The notes below the pieces were generated by a model. It was not told the origin of the DNA, ran no database searches, and worked only from the letters and a program-made list of their open reading frames with translations. Of a stretch of 44,336 nt of DNA, positions 1 to 5,626 are shown piece after piece. Every line of letters begins with the position of its first letter. Position 1 is the first letter of the stretch. The DNA is from a virus. A program made the translations under genes and the position numbers. The DNA is taken from positions 1-44,336 of the IMG/VR virus record IMGVR_UViG_3300031578_000104; one strand, given 5' to 3'.

Positions 1-127
1 ACACCTGTCATTCCGGCAACTTTTTCCTGTGTCCAGCTTTTTTTGATTCTCAGGTCCACAAGCCACCTATTGTCCATCGGTGCACCTCCTTCTGTGAATC
101 TATATCACAATTATAATGTGAAATCTG
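1..127. repeat. Terminal direct repeat, copy 1 (identical to 44210-44336); the contig closes on itself
   Basis: Read directly: acacctgtcattccggcaac...tataatgtgaaatctg is present at both window ends, 127/127 identical. Confidence 0.97.
94..121. promoter_or_regulatory. Operator-like inverted repeats in the lysis/lysogeny switch (GTGA-N7-TCAC at 94-108, TCACA-N7-TGTGA at 105-121)
   Basis: gtgaatctatatcac and tcacaattataatgtga overlap the -10 and +1 region of the leftward promoter. The half-site TATCAC recurs at 204-209 and 28258-28263. Confidence 0.5.
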
Positions 128-138
128 GGCACAGTCAA
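110..138 (-). promoter_or_regulatory. Sigma-A/sigma-70 type early leftward promoter (TTGACT-17 nt-TATAAT) for the cro-like operon
   Basis: The - strand reads TTGACT (133-138), a 17-nt spacer, then TATAAT (110-115). The AAGGAGGTG SD and the ATG of the cro-like gene (position 77, equivalent to 44286) lie downstream. Confidence 0.7.
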
Positions 139-187
139 CATAAATTTTGTGAACCTGTATAACATTTTTATTTTTGGGAAAAAACTA

Positions 188-216
188 TTTAAACGTGACG
201 TATTATCACATATAAT
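188..216 (+). promoter_or_regulatory. Candidate repressor-gene promoter (TTTAAA-17 nt-TATAAT) with an operator-like site GTGACGTATTATCAC (195-209) in the spacer
   Basis: Perfect TATAAT at 211-216 and a weak -35 at 188-193. The 15-bp site has the same GTGA-N7-TCAC architecture as 94-108. Confidence 0.5.
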
Positions 217-236
217 ATATATTGAGGTGATTTGTT

Positions 237-584
237 TTGTCTGTAACAGGGGACAGATTAAGGGTGTTGAGAAAAGAGGCTGATTTAACACAAGAAGAAT
301 TAGCCCATAGAATAGGCATAAAAAGGGATAGATATGCAAAATATGAAACCGGTGGGAGTCCTTTAGGTCAAAAATTAATTAATGATTTTGCTAATTTTTT
401 TAACGTCTCCACCGACTACCTTCTTGGCAACTCAGACGATACCGAATCCAACCAAATCGTAGATCATGAGATATTAAAAGAATTGGAAGAGGCAACGAAG
501 GAGATGTATAAAGCCATAGCTCGCTATTTAAAGATAGCTAATCACCTTAAAACAATAGAAAAACATTCATCGAAAAGGAAATAA
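237..584 (+). CDS. XRE-family HTH repressor (CI-like lysogeny repressor candidate)
   Basis: 115-aa ORF with a TTG start and GAGGTGA SD. HTH_3-type motif LRVLRKEADLTQEELAHRIGIKRDRYAKYETG. Divergent from the cro-like gene and co-oriented with the integrase. Confidence 0.8.
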   Translation: MSVTGDRLRVLRKEADLTQEELAHRIGIKRDRYAKYETGGSPLGQKLINDFANFFNVSTDYLLGNSDDTESNQIVDHEILKELEEATKEMYKAIARYLKIANHLKTIEKHSSKRK

Positions 585-687
585 GTCCCAATAGATTTTA
601 GGAAAATTCTGACTTTTAATTATGTAACATTTTACCTACAATGGTATTACCGCCTAGTGGCGGAATATCGTGTAGGGGGGAAGCAAA

Positions 688-849
688 GTGTTAAAGTGCG
701 TTTGTATCAGCGAAGAGTTGGCGGTGGAGTGCTTTTGCAATGGCGGAATACTTCTCATAAATGCGTCCCTGTCTAATAAAAAGATTCTGGAGATAATAGA
801 GAGTCACCTTGACTTGAAGCAGGATAACCATCTGAATAGCGAAAAATAA
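688..849 (+). CDS. Hypothetical small protein (53 aa)
   Basis: Read manually: GTG start at 688 after a G-rich SD-like gtaggggggaag, stop TAA at 847-849. Below the ORF-track cutoff; no recognisable domain. Confidence 0.3.
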   Translation: MLKCVCISEELAVECFCNGGILLINASLSNKKILEIIESHLDLKQDNHLNSEK

Positions 850-937
850 CACAAGGTCGGTTTGGAGCTACCGCCGACTTAAATAAAACCCTCCCGCCCG
901 ATCATGTCTCCAGGGCGTTAGGCGTGAGACATAAAGG

Positions 938-974
938 GAACCTCACAGAAAAGCTCTGTGGGGTTCTTTGTTTT
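938..974 (+). terminator. Rho-independent terminator
   Basis: 11-bp stem gaacctcacag/ctgtggggttc (one G.U, valid only on the + strand RNA), 7-nt loop, then tttgtttt. Confidence 0.7.
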
Positions 975-1000
975 AATAAATAACTACAAGGAGGTATTAC

Positions 1001-1300
1001 GTGGAAGATAAATCTAAAGGAAATATTAAGCTTACAGATGGGGCAAAGATATTTATCACATCTCTTGTCTTTATTTTTGTTGGCTGCGTAATTATTATCG
1101 TATATTCGCTTATTCCGTATGAGCCAAAACCACAGCCCAGTAGCGGTAGCCCCGCTGTACATTATGAATACAAAACATTGACAGTTGATTATGAAGGAAA
1201 ATGTGATTTTTCCGAAATGCTGGATGATAAATGGCAGTTGACTGGTATTCAAATAAAAGAAAATGAGACAAATTTTAAATTCAGGAAAAACACTAATTGA
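1001..1300 (+). CDS. Membrane-anchored protein of the lysogeny module (superinfection-exclusion candidate)
   Basis: 99-aa ORF with a GTG start and AAGGAGG SD. One N-terminal TM helix (IFITSLVFIFVGCVIIIVYSLI). Lies between repressor and integrase. Confidence 0.6.
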   Translation: MEDKSKGNIKLTDGAKIFITSLVFIFVGCVIIIVYSLIPYEPKPQPSSGSPAVHYEYKTLTVDYEGKCDFSEMLDDKWQLTGIQIKENETNFKFRKNTN

Positions 1301-1309
1301 GGTGAACAT

Positions 1310-2464
1310 ATGAGAGGCCACATACGCCCAGGTAAAAGTAAAAATTCATGGGAAATTATTTATGACGCTCCACGGGAGCAGGGCCAGGAGCGCAAACAGA
1401 AAAGCGTTACCTTTAAAGGCAAACATTCGGACGCAGAAAAGAAACTCCGGGAAATTCTGCGCCAGATTGACCAGGGAGCGTATGTAGACAATGAAAAAAT
1501 CACCGTTAAGCACTTCCTGTCAAAATGGCTGAAAGAATACTGCAAGCCTACCCTCACCCAAACCACCTATGACAGCTATGCTATTGTGGCAGGAAAACAC
1601 CTTACCCCGGCCCTTGGGAAGCACATTTTAAATAAGCTGAAGCCACTTCATCTGCAATCCTATTATACAAAGGCTCTGGAGAGTGGCCGCTTAGACGGCA
1701 AAGGGGGCCTGTCTGCAAAGACCGTCCACTCGCACCACAGAATCATACACAAGGCCCTGGAAACTGCCGTCAAATGGCAGCTTATAGGCCGTAACATTGC
1801 CGATGCAGTGGATCCCCCAAGGCTTGAACAATATGAGGCCAATGTTTACGGAGAAGAAGAAGTCGGTAAACTTCTCAAGGCTGCGGAAGGTACACGCCTT
1901 TACGTACCCATACTGCTGACCATTGGGACAGGCTTGCGCCGGGGGGAGGTTTTGGGGCTTCGCTGGAAGGATGTTAATCATGAAAATAAAACAATAGCGG
2001 TCAACCAATCCCTATTATCAACAACAGAAGGACTTCAGTTTAAGTCTCCCAAAAACAAAAAAAGCCGGAGACTCATAACCGTGCCGGCTTCTGTGTTTGA
2101 CGAATTAATTAAACATAAAAAGGTTGCACAAAATAAGGATAGACTTGCCTGTGGCAAAGCATATATTGACAATGATCTAGTGTTCTGCCGGGAGGATGGA
2201 TCCGCATGGCACCCCGGAACATTCAGCCACAATTACCAAGACCTTTTAACCGCAAATAATTTTCCTTCTATCCGGTTCCATGATTTGCGGCATACTCATG
2301 CCTCGCTATTATTAAGGCAGGGCGTACACCCTAAAATTGTGTCTGAGAGATTGGGACATAGTCAGATAGGTATAACCTTAGACATATACTCACACATCCT
2401 CCCAGGGATAAAGGAGCAGGTTGCTCAAGACCTGGACGAAGCCTTATTTAAAAAGGTCAAATAG
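1310..2464 (+). CDS. int: Tyrosine recombinase / phage integrase
   Basis: 384 aa. Catalytic signature GLRRGEVLGLRW (Arg), FHDLRHTHASLLL (His-x-x-Arg), LGHSQIGITLDIYSH (His...Tyr). SAM-like N-terminal domain. Adjacent to the tRNA-fragment attP. Confidence 0.95.
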   Translation: MRGHIRPGKSKNSWEIIYDAPREQGQERKQKSVTFKGKHSDAEKKLREILRQIDQGAYVDNEKITVKHFLSKWLKEYCKPTLTQTTYDSYAIVAGKHLTPALGKHILNKLKPLHLQSYYTKALESGRLDGKGGLSAKTVHSHHRIIHKALETAVKWQLIGRNIADAVDPPRLEQYEANVYGEEEVGKLLKAAEGTRLYVPILLTIGTGLRRGEVLGLRWKDVNHENKTIAVNQSLLSTTEGLQFKSPKNKKSRRLITVPASVFDELIKHKKVAQNKDRLACGKAYIDNDLVFCREDGSAWHPGTFSHNYQDLLTANNFPSIRFHDLRHTHASLLLRQGVHPKIVSERLGHSQIGITLDIYSHILPGIKEQVAQDLDEALFKKVK

Positions 2465-2600
2465 TATCCAACATATCCAACAAAATATCCAACGAAGTTT
2501 TAAAATAGAGTGAGTTAGGGTGGACTGAAGTAGAGTAAATTCTTATATAACTGAAGGGTTAAGGGTTATATTGAATTGTAGTGAAAACTGTGGCGCAGAA

Positions 2601-2655
2601 CTTAGGATCCAGTGGGAGTGATCTCGTGGAGGTTCAAGTCCTCTCGCCCGCACCA
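2601..2655 (+). other. attP core candidate: 3' portion (anticodon loop to CCA) of a tRNA-Leu(UAG) gene
   Basis: cttaggatccagtgggagtgatctcgtggaggttcaagtcctctcgcccgcacca contains the anticodon loop CTTAGGA, a long variable arm, the T-arm GGAGG-TTCAAGT-CCTCT, the acceptor 3' strand and ACCA. No matching 5' acceptor strand (gcgggcg) or 5' anticodon-stem half lies upstream, so it is a fragment. Confidence 0.7.
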
Positions 2656-2658
2656 AGG

Positions 2659-2688
2659 CTTTCCGGTTTCGGAGGGTCTTTTTTATTT
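2659..2688 (+). terminator. Terminator-like hairpin directly after the tRNA fragment
   Basis: ctttccg-gttt-cggaggg (two G.U pairs, + strand specific) followed by tcttttttattt. It would reconstitute a tRNA gene terminator after integration. Confidence 0.55.
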
Positions 2689-2814
2689 GGGGCCATCCAA
2701 CGAAATATCCAACATGGGGAAAATTTTCCCTCATTTATTCTTATTCTTCTTCCTATATAAATAGAACCTTTCCGATCATATCGTTGACCTCACCAACATG
2801 ATCAACCCCACCGG

Positions 2815-2843
2815 GAGAAAAAGAAAAGCCCTGCTAGGCAGGG
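2815..2843 (-). terminator. Rho-independent terminator ending the attP-proximal cassette
   Basis: The - strand reads ccctgc-cta-gcaggg followed by cttttcttttt; it overlaps the stop of the 59-aa ORF. Confidence 0.6.
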
Positions 2844-3013
2844 TCACTTCTATAGATTACGTCCTCATCATCAAATTCCGGCTTCTCGTCCTGTATCTGA
2901 AAGTCAATCACTTCCCCAACATCTTCTCCGTGCTCAGGGCTAAATTTAAACTCCACTTCAGCAATGCCCCACCTGCCATCGTCAAGCTGGCGTATGTATG
3001 TTTGACGGCTCAC
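2834..3013 (-). CDS. Small acidic hypothetical protein (59 aa)
   Basis: Read manually: the GTG start overlaps the upstream stop (GTGA coupling). Product VSRQTYIRQLDDGRWGIAEVEFKFSPEHGEDVGEVIDFQIQDEKPEFDDEDVIYRSDPA. One residue under the ORF-track cutoff. Confidence 0.5.
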   Translation of the reverse strand: MSRQTYIRQLDDGRWGIAEVEFKFSPEHGEDVGEVIDFQIQDEKPEFDDEDVIYRSDPA

Positions 3014-3477
3014 TCCCCCACCTCCACGTCTATTCCTTTGGCTTTGAGGGCGGCGTGTGCTATGTATTTAGGGGCATCCCCACAAAGCACCCTCCAATCG
3101 GTGCATAACTCAGTGCAAAATTGCCTCCATTCGCTAGAAGAAAAGGATTCTCTGGCCTTCTCCACCGCTTCCCATGCTGCGGCTATATCGGAGGAATATT
3201 TGGGCAGTTCGTCCGCAAGGTAGGATTTTGTTGGTCCTTCCCACCAATATGTCAGCGTGTTAGAGTGAGGATGTTTTGCCCACCCCACGATCTTCTCAGC
3301 CACCAACTCATTGATTTTATCCAGGTTCATTTTGGGCCTCCTTCCTAAGCATTGTTTTCCAAACACGGTTTCCCCTAATATTTTAACCGCTTCATCATCA
3401 CCAGAGATACCGAATTTTTGAGCCAGAATATTGATAAATTCGTTTTCGATTAGTTCTTTGGTGGCTTGTTCGTTCAA
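3010..3477 (-). CDS. Phage ABA-sandwich-domain-like protein
   Basis: 155 aa. The segment LDKINELVAEKIVGW...LPKYSSDIAAAWEAVEKA matches my recollection of the Phage_ABA_S family signature (not searched). Confidence 0.55.
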   Translation of the reverse strand: MNEQATKELIENEFINILAQKFGISGDDEAVKILGETVFGKQCLGRRPKMNLDKINELVAEKIVGWAKHPHSNTLTYWWEGPTKSYLADELPKYSSDIAAAWEAVEKARESFSSSEWRQFCTELCTDWRVLCGDAPKYIAHAALKAKGIDVEVGE

Positions 3478-3905
3478 GGTTTTTCCTCCTTCCTGCTCTC
3501 AATAAACCTGCGCCGCTCTGCCTCATATTTCCTGTTCACGCTTGCCTTGGTTAAATCCTTGGCCTCAACACCCCGGCCGCAATGGGGGCAGCAGGGAAGC
3601 ATGTCGCCGCCCCGGTAAGTCTTTTCCAGTTCCCTGACAGCTAGAAGGTGAGGCTTCCAGTTTAATAATTCTCTGCGCTGATTCAGAAGGCTCTGCGCTT
3701 CTTTATTGAGTTTATTCATATCATAGGCTAAATCTTTCATTGCTTCGTATGGATCAACAACCGACCCGCATTCAGTACAAAGTATTTCTCTGTTCTGGGT
3801 GTCAACTTCAAAGCGCCTATTTCTACATGTGCATTTCTTATTTTTGTCGTGGGTAATACGGAGTGCCGTAATGGGGATTATGTTGTCAGGTAGTTTTTCG
3901 TCCAC
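3474..3905 (-). CDS. Zinc-ribbon / coiled-coil hypothetical protein
   Basis: 143 aa. CxC...CxxC (CTCRN...CTEC) and CCPHC motifs flank a helical, charged middle. 4-nt overlap with the next gene. Confidence 0.6.
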   Translation of the reverse strand: MDEKLPDNIIPITALRITHDKNKKCTCRNRRFEVDTQNREILCTECGSVVDPYEAMKDLAYDMNKLNKEAQSLLNQRRELLNWKPHLLAVRELEKTYRGGDMLPCCPHCGRGVEAKDLTKASVNRKYEAERRRFIESRKEEKP

Positions 3906-4062
3906 TGCTTTTTTCCTCCTTCCTGCGGTCCCTCCGCAACTTCTCCAATGCCGCTTGCTTCAGCCATGTGCTGACGGACATTTTAGACGATGCCGCCGCC
4001 TTCTGGATTTTTTCTTTTAATTCATCGTCTGGATACAGGTATAGGCGTGGTTGGTTTGGCAT
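3886..4062 (-). CDS. Ribbon-helix-helix (CopG/Arc-like) DNA-binding protein
   Basis: Internal ATG at 4062 with a GGAGGAAAAAGGA SD. MPNQPRLYLYPDDELKEKIQKAAASSKMSVSTWLKQAALEKL fits a beta-strand plus two helices RHH pattern. Confidence 0.55.
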   Translation of the reverse strand: MPNQPRLYLYPDDELKEKIQKAAASSKMSVSTWLKQAALEKLRRDRRKEEKSSGRKTT

Positions 4063-4082
4063 GATTATATCCTTTTTCCTCC

Positions 4083-4325
4083 TTATATGCGTTTCAATAT
4101 CTCTAAATACATAGCAGTTAATGAAGCAAGTAACACACAAAGCATAAAGATTGCAAAAACCCAGGGTATAAACTTATTTTTTATGTCGTGATACTTTTTG
4201 TATTTACGATCAAGATTCCATTCCCATTCCTTGATTTTGTCGCCAGCAAAAGATACAAAAAATACAATTCCAATCAATCCAGCCATGCCACCTATTAAAA
4301 TCAAAAATGATACTATATACTTCAC
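4083..4325 (-). CDS. Two-TM small membrane protein (paralog of 19962-20204)
   Basis: 80 aa with AGGAGG SD. Two hydrophobic helices flank the charged loop DKIKEWEWNLDRKYKKYHDIKNK. About 52% identical, ungapped, to the 80-aa product of 19962-20204. Confidence 0.8.
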   Translation of the reverse strand: MKYIVSFLILIGGMAGLIGIVFFVSFAGDKIKEWEWNLDRKYKKYHDIKNKFIPWVFAIFMLCVLLASLTAMYLEILKRI

Positions 4326-4360
4326 ATCTAAAACCTCCTTTATTAATTACTAATATTATA

Positions 4361-4390
4361 ATTATACACCCCCTTTACACCCACAGTCAA
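4361..4390 (-). promoter_or_regulatory. Near-consensus sigma-A promoter (TTGACT-18 nt-TATAAT) driving the attP-proximal cassette
   Basis: The - strand reads ttgact gtgggtgtaaagggggtg tataat tataat. It sits immediately after the terminator at 4394-4423 and about 35 nt before the SD of the 4325 gene. Confidence 0.7.
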
Positions 4391-4393
4391 CCC

Positions 4394-4423
4394 AAAAGAA
4401 AAACCCCAGCCGAAGCCGGGGGG
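4394..4423 (-). terminator. Rho-independent terminator (UUCG tetraloop)
   Basis: The - strand reads ccccggc-ttcg-gctgggg (a G.U pair here; an A-C mismatch on the + strand) followed by tttttctttt. Confidence 0.75.
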
Positions 4424-4597
4424 TAAAATAATTTTCATAAATGAAGGAATTTTTAGAAAACAATAGAAATATAAATTTACTCGTTTGAGCATTGCTAGGA
4501 GCAATCACCTTTACCTTTCTTGAGAGTACGAACATTGCAGCCTATGGCAAGGGGTTAATTAATGTTTCCGTACCCCTGGAAGGGAGGTGAAAAGGCT

Positions 4598-4744
4598 ATG
4601 ACGGTTTTTGTCGTGCTCTCCGTTCCGCAAACCAAATGCGGTAGCAACCCTGCCCTACCAGACTGCAACTATTGCGTCTATGGGCGAGGCTGCCAGGAAG
4701 CCCAAAAAGCAAAAACCCTCAGAGTGTCGGCTCTGAAGGCATAG
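4598..4744 (+). CDS. Candidate small Cys-rich peptide (48 aa)
   Basis: ATG 4598 lies 8 nt after GGGAGGTGA. Product MTVFVVLSVPQTKCGSNPALPDCNYCVYGRGCQEAQKAKTLRVSALKA. Opposite strand to all neighbours; no homology recognisable. Confidence 0.3.
   Translation: MTVFVVLSVPQTKCGSNPALPDCNYCVYGRGCQEAQKAKTLRVSALKA
4704..4739 (-). terminator. Rho-independent terminator
   Basis: The - strand reads ccttcagag-ccgaca-ctctgaggg (9 bp with one G.U; mismatch on the + strand) followed by tttttgcttttt. Confidence 0.7.
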
Positions 4745-4825
4745 GCTTGGGCGAGTTAGGCAGGGGCGCTATATGCGTCCTTGTCTATTTATTTATAGTA
4801 TATACTGTATTGACGTCAAAATACC

Positions 4826-4854
4826 TTTATTTGTTTTTGAATTACATATATAAT
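4826..4854 (+). promoter_or_regulatory. Candidate promoter (weak -35 TTTATT, perfect -10 TATAAT) in an AT-rich palindrome-rich segment
   Basis: TATAAT at 4849-4854. Upstream perfect palindromes AGTATATACT (4797-4806) and TTGACGTCAA (4810-4819). Confidence 0.3.
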
Positions 4855-4860
4855 ATGTGT

Positions 4861-4941
4861 GACAGGCATTTGCGCAGACGACCGCTCAGGGTATTAAACT
4901 GAGCCACCGGCCCTCACCGAAAGGTGGGGGTTGGTTCGTTT
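4861..4941 (+). ncRNA. Candidate ~80-nt small RNA (two hairpins, terminator-like 3' end)
   Basis: Hairpin gctcag/ctgagc (4884-4904). GAAA-tetraloop hairpin ccctcacc/ggtggggg (4911-4930; a G.U pair makes it + strand specific) followed by ttggttcgttt. No ORF with an SD. Confidence 0.25.
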
Positions 4942-4993
4942 ATGAGCACCCCCTATATTCTTTGTCAATAAAGGGTTTGAAGCTATTTTAGGG

Positions 4994-5020
4994 GACAAAA
5001 ACAGGCAAAATGAGCTTGCC
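4994..5020 (-). terminator. Weak terminator after the small membrane ORF
   Basis: The - strand reads ggcaa-gctcatt-ttgcc followed by tgtttttg. Confidence 0.4.
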
Positions 5021-5199
5021 TATTTCCCTATCACTGAGGGCACCTTCTTCATGCCCAGGCTGCCGGAAATTGCCCAAAAGACATTCTGTAGCAGAACGGG
5101 AATCTCCTGGCTGGTAGCGAACATATAACAGATAGTCCCCGTCACAATCAAAAAGCCGCCCACCAGGGCAGCGTCCACCATGTCAAATTTCTTTTCCAA
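5020..5199 (-). CDS. Small two-TM membrane protein (holin-like candidate, 59 aa)
   Basis: Read manually: TTG start 9 nt after AAGGAGG. Product LEKKFDMVDAALVGGFLIVTGTICYMFATSQEIPVLLQNVFWAISGSLGMKKVPSVIGK. Located downstream of the endolysin. Confidence 0.5.
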   Translation of the reverse strand: MEKKFDMVDAALVGGFLIVTGTICYMFATSQEIPVLLQNVFWAISGSLGMKKVPSVIGK

Positions 5200-5431
5200 T
5201 TTCTTGCGCCTCCTTAAATTTATTTTTACTGGGTACTCTTTACCCTCAAGGGGATCACCCCCCTATCAAATGAACCCCGTAGTCTTCCCCAGCGGCCCCC
5301 GGCACACCCGGGGGTCCTTCTCCTCCTTAAAAATACCAAACATATAGAGTATTGCCATCCTGCATAAACCATGCAGTATTGCTACCAATGTGTTCAACGC
5401 TTAATATTTCCACACCCACACCCCCGGCTAT

Positions 5432-5623
5432 TTACTCAAGTCCATAGGTGCATCCCACAAACGAGCACCACTTATCCCCTCGCTTATTGCCTAGCAGCTT
5501 GGCTCCACACTTAGGACAATACTCATTAATCCAATCACCGATTAACAAATCATCGAAACATGTCTTACTCGGCCCTACTGCCATTTCCAACACCTCCAAA
5601 ATAATTTCAATCACATGGGACAC
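5432..5623 (-). CDS. Small zinc-ribbon protein
   Basis: 63 aa with CPKCG...CSFVGC motifs; directly follows the endolysin gene. Confidence 0.6.
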   Translation of the reverse strand: MSHVIEIILEVLEMAVGPSKTCFDDLLIGDWINEYCPKCGAKLLGNKRGDKWCSFVGCTYGLE

Positions 5624-5626
5624 CCC

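Noticed and set aside
2543-2734. 63-aa - strand ORF in the track (…ARGLEPPRDHSHWILS…)
   Set aside because: It is the reverse translation of the tRNA-Leu fragment and its terminator (the GLEPP signature of tRNA T-arms). It has no SD and is not a gene.
4880-4935. Possible tRNA on the - strand (gggccggtggctcagtt… resembles an acceptor plus D-arm)
   Set aside because: The D-loop would be 13 nt, no anticodon stem pairs, and there is no T-arm. It does not fold as a cloverleaf.
5200-5431. Possible 47-aa TTG-initiated ORF or AAGGAGGAG-associated mini-ORF in the gap after the 63-aa zinc-ribbon gene
   Set aside because: The strong SD (about 5325-5333 on the - strand) is followed only by a GTG with a 13-codon frame. 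The longer TTG ORF has a poor SD. The gap contains GC hairpins and may be regulatory. It is not annotated as coding.
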